DNA of 64,000 nt from Planctomycetota bacterium (lineage in GTDB: Bacteria; Planctomycetota; PUPC01; DSUN01), in assembly GCA_035384565.1 (NCBI GenBank), contig DAOOIT010000021.1, positions 2,560 to 66,559 on the forward strand, in the 5' to 3' direction. Below are positions 49,520 to 59,278 of this stretch, piece after piece. The notes under the pieces were generated by a model, which was not told the DNA's origin, did no database searches, and worked only from the letters and a program-made list of their open reading frames with translations. A program made the translations under genes and the position numbers. Every line of letters begins with the position of its first letter. Positions within the stretch are counted from its first letter, which is position 1.

Positions 49520-52500
49520 CTACGGCGCGAAACGGCAGGCGCCCCAGAGGGCCGGCTGGAGCCGCGCTTCGGTGGGGATGTCGCTCGTGATGTTCGTGTC
49601 GCGGTTGTGCCAGCAGGCGCGCAGAGCCGTGGCCGTGCCCTTCGGGTCGCTGAAGAGCACGCCGAAGTCAATCCGCCCCTCGCCGCGGGGCACGGACGCC
49701 CCGCCCGCAACGCCAAGGAGCGCCCAGGGGATGGCGGCCTCGACCGTGTAGCCCGCGTTCCCCTTCGCCACCGCAACCTTCACTTCGTCGGCCAGCCGCA
49801 CTTCGTCCATCGTCACGGCATTGGGGCGGCCGGCGCCCTCGAAGGCGTCGAAGGTGAACGGGCGCTTCGCGGCCGACACGGGGCGGTAGAGCACGGCCCG
49901 CGGCCTGCCCTCGAGCTCGGTGAGGAGGAGGCGCAGGTCGCCTGCGCGGGGATTGGGGTCGCCGAGCTTCTCGCCGGGCGGCCGCCAGAAGAGGTCCACC
50001 GCGTCGCCCCCCTTGAAGGCGAGTTCCCAGCGGGGGGCCTTGTTGAGGAGCGGGCTGGGGTCGCGGACCTCCCAGGCGACGTACAGGTTGGCCTCGTCGC
50101 AGGCGGCCAGCACGCGGGCGCCGCGTTCAGCGTCCACCTTGATCTCCACAGCTCCCTCGCGGGGCCAGTCGTCGAGCTTGCCGTCGAGCGCGATGGGCTT
50201 GGCTGCCCGCGGGACCGTCACGGCGGCAGCGCTCTTCCCGCCGGTGAGGCGGAGCTGGCGGATCTCGGCCATTCGGGGCAGGTGCTGCGGGCGAATCTCG
50301 GTCTCGCCCGCGATCCGGCGCACCGAGTCGAGGCCCGTCACCTCGAACACGCGGCAGTCGGTGAAGCCGCTGGTGAGCAGGTAGCGCCCGTCGGCCAGGC
50401 GACTGAAAGTGCCGTGGAACGACTCCTGGCCGGGGGCCATCTGGTTGGCGAGGAAGCCGCGCTCGGGCCGGTCGGGCCAGCTCTCGAAGCTGGCGCGCGC
50501 GTCGGCGAAGAGCTGGGCGACGTAGAGCATGTCGTCGGTGAAGAGATAGCGCTGGCCGAAGTCGGAGACCCAGCAGACCACCTCGCCGCCGGCGGAGAGG
50601 TCGGCCACGCCGTGGGCCTGGAAGGGGTAGAGCACGACGCCCGGCTCGGGCAGGCGATAGGTCCAGCGGCCCGTGTGCTCGCCGCGGAACCAGAAGGTGC
50701 GGCGGGGCGGCGCATCGGCGGGCCAGATGCGGCGCATCTCGTCGAAGTAGTCGCCGCGCTCGCCGGCGCAGCCGCTGTTGTAGCTGCCGTCGCGCAGGCC
50801 GATCCCGTTCTGGCATTCGCCGGCCATCGGCTCGAAGCGGGTGAGGTCGTAGAGCGGCGTGCCGCCGGGCGTGACGGCCACGCAGCGCAGGCGCAGGCCG
50901 GGCCGTGCGACGCCGCGGCTGAAGAACAGGTCGAGGTTCTGCGAGGGGCGCAGGCCCCAGTAGTCGGTGCCGCCCCAGTCGGCGCTGCCGCCGCGCACCA
51001 CCTCGTCGTCGTCCACCCGGCCGTCGTCGTCGCGGTCGAGCCAGGCGAGGCGCTTCTCGGGGTCGAGGTGGACGCAGAGGGCCCAGCGGCGGTCGGGCCG
51101 CTCGCGGAAGATCTGGCGCGCGCCGCGGCACTTGTGGATGTAGGCCCGGCCCTGGAAGGCCATCATGTACTCGGCCTCCACGTTGCCGCCCGTGGCATGG
51201 TCGCCTTCGCCCACGGCGATGCCGAGCTTCGCGGCCCCCTCGGGCAGCACGAGGCCGACCTGGCGGAGCTGCCAGTCGCCCGTCTCGAGGTTGACCCGGA
51301 ACTGCATGTCGCGGTAGAAGGCCATCGTGGGGTCGAGGGGGTTGATGACGCCGCCGCCGCCGTAGCCGGTGTCGCCGAGGAAGTCGCGCTGCCAGCGGCG
51401 CCCCTTCCACACGCTCACGCGCTTGGGCCGCTGGGAGTTCTCGACCACCCAGAGCCGCCCGGCGGAGTCGAGGGCCAGGCCGCTGGGATTGAGGAAGCCT
51501 TCGGCCGGCTCGTACCAGCCGTTCTGCGTGCGGCCGCCCCTCTGGCCGATCTCGGTTGTGCGGCGTCGGCCCAGGAGGTCGCGCCAGTAGCACCGCACCT
51601 GATGCAGCGGCGCGCCGAAGGCCGCGTAGGCCGTGCCATCGGGGTGATAGGCCACGGCCTGCGCGGTGCTGAAGTCGCCCTGGACGATGGTGTGGATGTC
51701 GCCGGTCGTGGCGTTGAGCTCGACGAGGCCGGTGTTCGTTGCAACCAGCAATCGGCCGGGCCCGGCGGCGCCCAGCTCGCCCGCGCCGTCCAGGCGCAGG
51801 TCGCGCACGGGCTGAAGCGTGTGACGGTCGAACATGCGGATGAGCGACTTGCCCTGGACGGAGAGGAAGACCCCGCTCGGCAGCACGGCGAAGCCGGCGG
51901 CCGTCTCCTTGTCGCCCAGGAGCGCCAGGCGCTTCGTGGGCTTGCCGTCGGGGCCCTTGAGGTCGAGCCACTGGCCGGTCTCGGCGTCGAACTTCATGAG
52001 GCCGCGGGGCGTGATGCCCAGCCAGTTGCTGTCGCCGCGGCTCGTGTAGGCGTAGAGGATGCCCTCGCAGAACGCCAGGCGGTCGGGCTCGCCGCTCTTG
52101 GCGGTCCAGACCTTGCGCCCCTGCTCGTCCACGGCGAAGAGGGGGAAGCCGGCCTCGGCCCCGAGGCCGCCCAGGAAGACGCGCCCTTCGCCCGTGGCCA
52201 CGCATTGGAGGTTCCCGTGGTCCGGCCCCCAGGCGCCGGTGCCGTCGCTATTGGCCCAGGGACAGACGCGGTTCGGCTGGTAGAAGCTCATCCGCCAGCG
52301 GACGTCAATGGGGCCGCGCGTGAGGCCCACCCAGCGGTACTGGCCGAGGGGCAGCGGCTCGTTGCGGTCGCTGAGGCCCGACCAGAAGACCGTGTGGTGG
52401 CCCTGGGCGAACGGCACGCCGCCGAGCAGGCTGCACACGCGGTTGCCCGCTGCGTCCTCGATGGCGATGGAGGCAAAGCCGTCGTGGGGCATCTCGAAGG

Positions 52501-53329
52501 TGACGGGCACGAGGCCGGGCGGCTCAGCCTTGCGGGCGGCCATCCAGGGCGGGGGCGGGAGCGAGAGGTTGCCTTTCTCTTCGAGAATCAGCCGGCCCCA
52601 GGCCTTCGTGTTCGTCCAGAAGAAGTCGGTCTGCGTCTCGCCGTCGGCCAGGTTGTCGGTCACGCGGCTGCGGGGCCAGGTCTGGGCGTCGGCGTCGCCC
52701 CAGAACATCTCGAGGCCGAGGCGCAGGTCGGCTGTGCGGGCGGGCGCCTTGCCGTCGCTGGTGATGACCTTCCACGGGAGCTTGATCTCCTGCGTGTAGC
52801 CCCTGCCGTCGGGCGCGAGGCGGAATGCCTGCTGGGCCCCGAGCTGCTCGGGGTAGACGGGGCGGTCCACCTTCGCCGCCTCCGCCTTGCCGCCCACCGG
52901 GCCGTAGTGGACCGTCATCGCCGGCTTGCGGCCGGGCGCGTAGTACCAGGCATCAATGTGGCTGATGAAGCCGGCCATGTTGCAACGGAGTTGCACGGCA
53001 TCGGACCGCCAGCCGTTGCCGACCATCGTGGCGGGGTCGATCTTGTTCACCATCGGCGTGGTGTCGCGAAACACGAAGGCCAGGTAGAGCGCCTCGGCGT
53101 CCCACATGGCGGCCACGCGCACGCTCTCGGTGTCGAGGAGGTGCTCGACGTCCTTGCAGCACACGATGGCCCCCGACGTGTCCCATTCCCCCAGGTCACC
53201 GTCAATCGCCACCTTCGCGGGCGCCGGCACCGCGTGCAGCCCGTGATTCAGCGTCCGCTCGGCGAGGGCGGGACAGCTCAGGGCGAGAACGCACGAGGCG
53301 AGGCAGAGAGCCAGGCTGGCTGAGCGCAC
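49520..53329 (-). CDS. Giant secreted protein P3 (~1269 aa), paralogue of P2
   Basis: GTG at 53329 with GAAGGAGAAG upstream (inside the last codons of P4). Signal peptide, then N-module DGDLGEWD...EALYLAFVFRD and a C-terminal CBM9/DOMON-like module. Confidence 0.55.
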   Translation of the reverse strand: MRSASLALCLASCVLALSCPALAERTLNHGLHAVPAPAKVAIDGDLGEWDTSGAIVCCKDVEHLLDTESVRVAAMWDAEALYLAFVFRDTTPMVNKIDPATMVGNGWRSDAVQLRCNMAGFISHIDAWYYAPGRKPAMTVHYGPVGGKAEAAKVDRPVYPEQLGAQQAFRLAPDGRGYTQEIKLPWKVITSDGKAPARTADLRLGLEMFWGDADAQTWPRSRVTDNLADGETQTDFFWTNTKAWGRLILEEKGNLSLPPPPWMAARKAEPPGLVPVTFEMPHDGFASIAIEDAAGNRVCSLLGGVPFAQGHHTVFWSGLSDRNEPLPLGQYRWVGLTRGPIDVRWRMSFYQPNRVCPWANSDGTGAWGPDHGNLQCVATGEGRVFLGGLGAEAGFPLFAVDEQGRKVWTAKSGEPDRLAFCEGILYAYTSRGDSNWLGITPRGLMKFDAETGQWLDLKGPDGKPTKRLALLGDKETAAGFAVLPSGVFLSVQGKSLIRMFDRHTLQPVRDLRLDGAGELGAAGPGRLLVATNTGLVELNATTGDIHTIVQGDFSTAQAVAYHPDGTAYAAFGAPLHQVRCYWRDLLGRRRTTEIGQRGGRTQNGWYEPAEGFLNPSGLALDSAGRLWVVENSQRPKRVSVWKGRRWQRDFLGDTGYGGGGVINPLDPTMAFYRDMQFRVNLETGDWQLRQVGLVLPEGAAKLGIAVGEGDHATGGNVEAEYMMAFQGRAYIHKCRGARQIFRERPDRRWALCVHLDPEKRLAWLDRDDDGRVDDDEVVRGGSADWGGTDYWGLRPSQNLDLFFSRGVARPGLRLRCVAVTPGGTPLYDLTRFEPMAGECQNGIGLRDGSYNSGCAGERGDYFDEMRRIWPADAPPRRTFWFRGEHTGRWTYRLPEPGVVLYPFQAHGVADLSAGGEVVCWVSDFGQRYLFTDDMLYVAQLFADARASFESWPDRPERGFLANQMAPGQESFHGTFSRLADGRYLLTSGFTDCRVFEVTGLDSVRRIAGETEIRPQHLPRMAEIRQLRLTGGKSAAAVTVPRAAKPIALDGKLDDWPREGAVEIKVDAERGARVLAACDEANLYVAWEVRDPSPLLNKAPRWELAFKGGDAVDLFWRPPGEKLGDPNPRAGDLRLLLTELEGRPRAVLYRPVSAAKRPFTFDAFEGAGRPNAVTMDEVRLADEVKVAVAKGNAGYTVEAAIPWALLGVAGGASVPRGEGRIDFGVLFSDPKGTATALRACWHNRDTNITSDIPTEARLQPALWGACRFAP

Positions 53330-53333
53330 GATG

Positions 53334-56300
53334 TCACTTCTCCTTCTCGAATTCGAGCGTCCCCCACAAGTTCGGCTGGAGGCGGGCCTCGGAGGGGACG
53401 TCGGACATGATCTTGGTGTTCTGGTTGGCCCAGTAGACGCGGTCCACGGCGCGGGTGCCGGTCTGGTCGGAGAGGACTCTGCCCACATCACCACGGATGA
53501 TCGGGGTCTTCGCGGGGTCGAGGTGGAGGGCGGCGAGCGGCACGGCGGCCTCGAGGACGAAGCGGTCGCCCTTCCGCTCGACGGCGACCTTCGCCTCCGC
53601 GAGGATGGCGACGCGGTCCATGTAGAGGGTGCGCCAGGGCGAGGAAAAGGGGAGCCGGGCCTCCTTCGGTGTGCCAGGGACGACGTAGTCGTAGAGGATG
53701 GCGGCGGGCCTGCCGCCGACCATCGTGAAGCTCAGGCGGATATCGCCCTCGGCCGCGTCGGAGCGCTTCGGGTCGAGGCCGGCCCGCGTCTCCAGCATCA
53801 CGTCCACCACATCGCCGGTCTTGAAGGCCTCGAGGAAGTCGTCGGCCTTCGCGGCGTTCTGGAAGACCGCGCGGTCGTCCTTGCCCTCGAAGAGGACGTA
53901 GAGGTGGGCGTCGTCGTAGCCGAGGGCGAAGCCGTCGCCAAAGCGCTCCTTCGGCCAATCGTCGGGCTTTCCATCCACCGCGACGCCCTGGAGGCGGCGA
54001 ACGGTCTGGCGTCTGGGCTGGGCAACGGCGAGGGCGCGTTGCTGGCGCAGGCGCTCGGCCGCGAGGAAATGCTCCTTCGTGACCGTGAACTCGCCGCCCG
54101 CGATGCGGCGGATCCCGTCGAGGCCGCGAAGCTCGACGACCGAGCAATGGGGCTGGCCGACGACGTAGAGGAACTTGTGGGCCTCGCGGCGCGGGGAGAA
54201 GAGACCGCCTGAAGGCGGGACCACGAGCGAGCGAACCTTCTGGAAGGTGCCGCCGAAGTGCTCGTCGCCGAGCGAAACCTGGTTCATCAGGGCATCGGAG
54301 GGCGGCGTGTCCATCCGCCACGAGAGGCCCCGCCGCACGTCGCGGAACACGCGGTCAATGTAGAGGCCGTCGGCGGTGAAGAGGTAGGTCGCGCCGAGGT
54401 TGCTGTTGAGGCAGATGACCTCGCCGACCTCCTGGTTGACCCAGGCGGAGCCGAAGAAGCGGGTGGGCGCGATGAGTACGCCCGGCTCGCTGCCGAGGGC
54501 GCCCGTGTCGTGTCCCGCGTGGAGGCCGGGCCAGAGGTTCTTGTAGCGCCAGCGGATCCGGCCGTCGGGGGCCATGCTGGTGACGTAGTGGTCGAGGCTG
54601 ATGGCGTTGCCCTCGCGGTCGGTGAAGACGGCGTCGGCGGCGTGCCGGCCCTCGAAGGTGTGGAAGGCCGTGGGCAGGCGCCAGACGGGATAGCCCTCTC
54701 TCGTGAGCCGCTCGACGCGGAAGAAGGCGATGCCCGCGACGCCGTAGTGGCCGTCGCTGAGGGCGACCTCGAAGTCCTCGTTCATGCGGAACTGCCACGT
54801 GGCGCCTGCGCGGTCGGCGACCTTCTCGCCGAGCATGAGCTTGCCGAATTGCACCTCGTCGCGCTGCACCTTGCCGTCGGCGTTGGCATCGGTCCAGGCG
54901 AAGATCGCGTGGTCGGCAGGCACGTCGAAGCGCTTGCGCAGCCACTCGGGCACGGTGCCGAGGGCGGCGACGGGGCGGACGAAGCCCCCTTGGGCCTCGC
55001 GGGGCAGGGACGCCCCGCCCACCGGGTCAACGTAGACCCAGAGCGTGGTGTTGCTGCCGTTGGCCCAGCCCTGCCAGCTTGTGAGGAAGAGCGTGCTCGT
55101 GCGGCGGAAGAGCGACCGCTGCTCGCGGCGAAAGGGATAGGAGGGGTAGCTGCCGAAGCGGTCGTAGCGGTCGTCGTCGCTCCGCCAGAAGAGATGCGTG
55201 AGGCGAATGGCGCCCGTCCGGGGGTCGCGGCGGAACTCTTTGCCGTGGTAGAAGAAGTGGTTCTCGTCGGCGGGGTCCATCTCGCCGCCGCCGCCGTACA
55301 TCGGCGGGCCGAGCACCTGGTTGATGCAGCGGCCGGCCAGGTCCCACACGCTCGTGCGCTTGAGGTCCTCACTGAATTCACAAACCCAGACGTTGCCCTT
55401 GACGTCCACCTCGACGCCCGAGGGGCTTTCCAGGTTGTCGGGGTCGAAGGCGCCCACACGGTGCTTGCCCGGCTTGCCGATGGCGCGGAGCGGCTTGCCG
55501 TCGCGGGAGAAGACCTTCACCTGGTGCACGGGGTCCATCTCGCCCACGTAGAAGCAGCCTGCCTCGTCCACGGCCAGCCCGAGCGGATTCGTGAGGCCGG
55601 TCACGACGGGCCTCACGTCGCCCGTCTGGCGATGGATGAGGACCACACGCGAGCCGCTCACGGCAGCCAGATGGTCGGCGTCGTAGGGGCGGATGCGGCC
55701 GGGCTTCTCGAGGGCGATCTCCTTCACGACCGTCATCTGCTCGTGGTCGAGGAGCTTCCAAGCGATGTTCCAGGCGAAGCCGGCGGGCCGGGCGGCGAGG
55801 TTCTTCGAGAGGTCCAGCACGAGGACGACGTTCTTCGCGCGGTCGGCGAGCCAGGCGCGGTCGCCGGCGACGGCGAGGCCCTGGATATCGGCCTTCTCGT
55901 CCTTCGCCAGGTCGCGGCCGAGCAGGCGGCGGCTGGCCTTGGTCGTGCGGTGGACCTGGATCATCACGATCTTGTCCTTCACCCAGCCGCCCTGCTCGAC
56001 GTAGTAGATGAAGTCGCCGTCGGCGGCCAGCACACGCGGGCAGGCCAGCCAGATGCGGCCCGAGCCCCAGAGTTTCTTCATGTCCAGGTCGGCCTCGAGC
56101 AGCGCGTGGCCCGCTTCGCAGAAGGTGCCGGCCCACATGGTGGGCGGCGTGTCCCCACGCCGCGTGTCGCGGGACGGGGATGTCCCGCCCACAACGGTGC
56201 CCACCACATCCTGCGGCGGCACGTGGTCGGCCAGCCAGCCGCCGGTCGTGTCGGCCGTGATCCAGGCCAGCCCGTGCTTCTTGAGCGGGTAGTAGGAGAA

Positions 56301-57677
56301 CAGGTAGTGGAGCGACAGCGGCGGGTGCCACAGCCCCCGCCAGCGGTAGCGGCCGGGCGGGGCGACTTTCGCCGCGTCGGGCGACGGCTCGTGGAAGAAG
56401 TGGTTCGGCCGCTCGTACGGCGGCCAGTAGTCCTCCAGCGTCCGCAGGTCCCACCAGGCCGTGTGCCGTCCCTTCGGGAAGCTTTCGCCGGACACGAGGT
56501 TCTCGATGACGCGGCCCTTGTCATCGAGTATCTGGATGGTGGCCAAGCCGCCCTGCGGCAGGTCGAACGTGATGGGCACGATGCCCTCGGGCGCCGCGCT
56601 GGGCTTCGCGAGGCGTGTGGGGGCGGGGCGGTCGGCGAGGTCCTCGAACACGACGAGTTCGCCGATGGAGACCACGGTGGGGTCGGCCCCTTCGCCGCCG
56701 GCGGCGAGCTCCTTCGTGGTGCCTGCGATGGCCAGGAAGCGCAGGGCGCGCGTTTCGACCGTCTGGCCGAAGTCGCAATAGGCCTCCCAGAAGAGCGGCG
56801 GGCGCCAGGGCTTACGGGTCGTCAGCTTGCCGATGGTCTCCCACCCCTCGTGGTAACCTCCCGCAGGTTTGGAGTCTGCGGGAGGCTGGACCCAGCGCTG
56901 GACGAGGATTTCGGCGAAGCCGGGCTGGTGGGCGCCGATGAAGGCCGCGCAGCCGCGCATCGGGCGCGGCGCGCCCCAGTCGAGCACGATCCACTCGGGC
57001 CTCTCGGGCGAAAGCGGCTCCAGGCGCTCCCCGCTCGACCAGTTGCTGTGGCCCACCGCGCCGTTGAGGAGCACGGCGGGGTCATTGAGCTGCGCGTCGG
57101 GCGCGAAGCCGCGCGAGCGCGGCCCGCTCGAACTCACAAAGAGGTCGGCCAGCGGCGCCACGTTCACGTATCGCCCCGCCAGCATCGTGGCGAAGGCCAG
57201 CTCGGCGCGGAACTTGCCGCTGCTGTCGGGCGACATCGGGCCGCTGAGCCGCACCGCCTTCGTCACCACGCCCGGCGGCAGGGGCACGACGCGCAACTCG
57301 TGCGACTCGGAGCCAGGATACGGCGCCTCGGCCCAGTTCCCGTCCTTCAGCGGCTCTGCCGCTGCGTCGGGCTTCAGGTAGCTCACGCGCCACTTGCCAT
57401 AGGCCAGCACGGTGCCGACCGGCACCGGCTGCTTGAGCGCAATGACGAAGTGCGCGTCGCCTCCCTCGGCCGTCGCCTCCGTGCGCCAGACGTCGTGGCC
57501 GATGGCCTCGGCCCGCAGAACGCCCTTGTGCGCCGCCACGCGGCCGGGCAAGGCATAGCTCCCCTCGGCGTCCGGCACCAGAACCTCCCGCAGGCTCCGA
57601 ACCTGCGGGAGGTCCGGCCCGCTCCACGCGAAGTGCATCGCCACACAGGCCATCAGAGAGACAAGGCGTCTGGGCAT
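53334..57677 (-). CDS. Giant secreted protein P4 (1447 aa) sharing the C-terminal CBM9/DOMON-like module with P1-P3
   Basis: ATG at 57677 with GAGGAAGAG upstream. C-terminus DGKPDDWPK...DDAHLYVLFEG...ARLQPNLWGTLEF. Carries one family-2 element and two REP-like hairpins in-frame. Confidence 0.55.
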   Translation of the reverse strand: MPRRLVSLMACVAMHFAWSGPDLPQVRSLREVLVPDAEGSYALPGRVAAHKGVLRAEAIGHDVWRTEATAEGGDAHFVIALKQPVPVGTVLAYGKWRVSYLKPDAAAEPLKDGNWAEAPYPGSESHELRVVPLPPGVVTKAVRLSGPMSPDSSGKFRAELAFATMLAGRYVNVAPLADLFVSSSGPRSRGFAPDAQLNDPAVLLNGAVGHSNWSSGERLEPLSPERPEWIVLDWGAPRPMRGCAAFIGAHQPGFAEILVQRWVQPPADSKPAGGYHEGWETIGKLTTRKPWRPPLFWEAYCDFGQTVETRALRFLAIAGTTKELAAGGEGADPTVVSIGELVVFEDLADRPAPTRLAKPSAAPEGIVPITFDLPQGGLATIQILDDKGRVIENLVSGESFPKGRHTAWWDLRTLEDYWPPYERPNHFFHEPSPDAAKVAPPGRYRWRGLWHPPLSLHYLFSYYPLKKHGLAWITADTTGGWLADHVPPQDVVGTVVGGTSPSRDTRRGDTPPTMWAGTFCEAGHALLEADLDMKKLWGSGRIWLACPRVLAADGDFIYYVEQGGWVKDKIVMIQVHRTTKASRRLLGRDLAKDEKADIQGLAVAGDRAWLADRAKNVVLVLDLSKNLAARPAGFAWNIAWKLLDHEQMTVVKEIALEKPGRIRPYDADHLAAVSGSRVVLIHRQTGDVRPVVTGLTNPLGLAVDEAGCFYVGEMDPVHQVKVFSRDGKPLRAIGKPGKHRVGAFDPDNLESPSGVEVDVKGNVWVCEFSEDLKRTSVWDLAGRCINQVLGPPMYGGGGEMDPADENHFFYHGKEFRRDPRTGAIRLTHLFWRSDDDRYDRFGSYPSYPFRREQRSLFRRTSTLFLTSWQGWANGSNTTLWVYVDPVGGASLPREAQGGFVRPVAALGTVPEWLRKRFDVPADHAIFAWTDANADGKVQRDEVQFGKLMLGEKVADRAGATWQFRMNEDFEVALSDGHYGVAGIAFFRVERLTREGYPVWRLPTAFHTFEGRHAADAVFTDREGNAISLDHYVTSMAPDGRIRWRYKNLWPGLHAGHDTGALGSEPGVLIAPTRFFGSAWVNQEVGEVICLNSNLGATYLFTADGLYIDRVFRDVRRGLSWRMDTPPSDALMNQVSLGDEHFGGTFQKVRSLVVPPSGGLFSPRREAHKFLYVVGQPHCSVVELRGLDGIRRIAGGEFTVTKEHFLAAERLRQQRALAVAQPRRQTVRRLQGVAVDGKPDDWPKERFGDGFALGYDDAHLYVLFEGKDDRAVFQNAAKADDFLEAFKTGDVVDVMLETRAGLDPKRSDAAEGDIRLSFTMVGGRPAAILYDYVVPGTPKEARLPFSSPWRTLYMDRVAILAEAKVAVERKGDRFVLEAAVPLAALHLDPAKTPIIRGDVGRVLSDQTGTRAVDRVYWANQNTKIMSDVPSEARLQPNLWGTLEFEKEK
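56138..56193. repeat. Family-2 55-bp palindromic element, opposite orientation, in-frame in P4
   Basis: tggtgggcggcgtgtccccacgccgcgtgtcgcgggacggggatgtcccgcccaca. Encodes VVGGTSPSRDTRRGDTPPTM. Confidence 0.6.
56855..56885. repeat. REP-like GC hairpin, copy 6, inside the P4 CDS
   Basis: aacctcccgcaggtt tggagt ctgcgggagg. Encodes ...QPPADSKPAGGY... Confidence 0.55.
57582..57613. repeat. REP-like GC hairpin, copy 7, inside the P4 CDS N-terminus
   Basis: aacctcccgcagg ctccg aacctgcgggaggt. Encodes DLPQVRSLREV, a different frame from copy 6. Confidence 0.55.
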
Positions 57678-57772
57678 CTCTTCCTCGACAAGCGTGGTTG
57701 CGGCAAGACCCTCCCTGCGTGTAGATTATAGGTTCGACGCCGCACATGCAACTCGCACAGGAGGATCGCAGG

Positions 57773-59230
57773 ATGACCGCTGCCGAGTTCACCCTCATGG
57801 CCTGTTCGATTCTTGCCCCGATCACCGCGCTCGCCGAGGGGCCGCCCGAGGCGAAGTGGGACATCGCGTCCCTCGCCCGCATCGTGCAGCCGATGAAGCA
57901 CGACATGAAGGGCCGCCTGCCGCTCATCCTGTGGAACTTCCCCCTGCCCCGCAACGACCAGGCCGCGAAGATGCGCGAGGACGGCTCGCTCCGCAAGGCG
58001 ATTGACGTGTTGGCCGAGCGCGGCATCGTGCCCACCGTGGAACTGGGCTGGGAGTGGACCCCCGCCGGGGCAATGGCGATGGCCAGGACCCTCGACGAGG
58101 CCGGCTGCCCCGTCTTCATCCTCCAGCCCGACTGCGAGCTGCTGGAGAAGGGCGCCTGGGCCCACTGCACGGTGTGGGGCGAAGGCCCCGACGCCACGCG
58201 GAAGAACGAGACCCGCAAGTGGCCGTGCCTGCCGCTGGCCGACCCGCGCGACGGAGCCGAGCGGGTGCGCAAGATGCTCCAGCCCTTCAAGGAGGCCGGC
58301 ATCCGCGTGGCCGGCGTGTGGTTCGACGACGAGGCCCTGCCCCACCCCTGGAACGGCTGTTTCGAAGCGCAACGCAAGTCCGAAGAATGCCGCAAGCACT
58401 ACCCGCCCGGCGTGCTGGACGATTTCAAGCGGTTCAATGAATGGACGTATGCGCTGCGCTCGCGCCTCATCGTCGAGATCATGGCCAGGCCCGTGCGCGA
58501 GCTGTTCCCCAACGCCATCGTCGGCAACTACGGCGAGTTCGCCTCCAGCGCCGAGATGCCGTTCGAGGGCCTGCGCCCGCCGCGCAAGCTCGACCCCAGC
58601 GTGCCCCTTATGCCCTCCGCTTACGCGAACACCAACCTGCTCCCTCGCCACTTCAAGCCTGATGAGCCCGTGACGCAGGAGAAGGCCGACGCCATCTACT
58701 TCTTCGACCTGATGCGCACCGTGAGCACCTGCAACGCCAACCGCCAGCCCGGCCAGCTCAGCATCCCGTTCCTCAGCCGCTACACGCCTGACAACCCCGA
58801 CCCGCGCTTCCTGGTGCCGATGAGCCAGCGGGCCTTCCGCGAGGTGGTTTGGCACACCTTCCTGCGCGGCGCCGCCACCATCTACGTGTTCAACCTGGGC
58901 TATCCCACGCGGCCCCAGACCGTCACGCCCGCCCTCTCGTTCGAGTCGGTCGAGGACGTGCGGAGCGTCTACGACGCTCTCCTCGCCCACCGCGAGTTCC
59001 TCGACAAGGGCGAGCCGGTGAACTTCAGGTTCCCGCCGCTCTTCAGCGCGGAGCCGGTGTGGTCGGGGTTGCGGCTGGGCGACCGATGCCTGGTGCGCAC
59101 CTTCACCCTCGGTGCCGTGGCCGCCAAGGTCGAGGTCACCCCTTTCCCCGGCGTCACCCTCACCCTCGACGCCCCGCCCGAGGGCGCGCTGCTTGTCGTC
59201 CACAACGATGGCCGAGTCCGGAGACTCTGA
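57773..59230 (+). CDS. Secreted hypothetical protein (485 aa)
   Basis: ATG with AGGAGG 8 nt upstream; signal peptide MTAAEFTLMACSILAPITALA. No family recognised. A possible promoter TTGCGG...TAGATTAT lies at 57708-57745. Confidence 0.45.
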   Translation: MTAAEFTLMACSILAPITALAEGPPEAKWDIASLARIVQPMKHDMKGRLPLILWNFPLPRNDQAAKMREDGSLRKAIDVLAERGIVPTVELGWEWTPAGAMAMARTLDEAGCPVFILQPDCELLEKGAWAHCTVWGEGPDATRKNETRKWPCLPLADPRDGAERVRKMLQPFKEAGIRVAGVWFDDEALPHPWNGCFEAQRKSEECRKHYPPGVLDDFKRFNEWTYALRSRLIVEIMARPVRELFPNAIVGNYGEFASSAEMPFEGLRPPRKLDPSVPLMPSAYANTNLLPRHFKPDEPVTQEKADAIYFFDLMRTVSTCNANRQPGQLSIPFLSRYTPDNPDPRFLVPMSQRAFREVVWHTFLRGAATIYVFNLGYPTRPQTVTPALSFESVEDVRSVYDALLAHREFLDKGEPVNFRFPPLFSAEPVWSGLRLGDRCLVRTFTLGAVAAKVEVTPFPGVTLTLDAPPEGALLVVHNDGRVRRL

Positions 59231-59278
59231 CGGGCCGCGCTAAGTCAGCCGGCCGACACGCAGCCCTGACCCCCGCCC

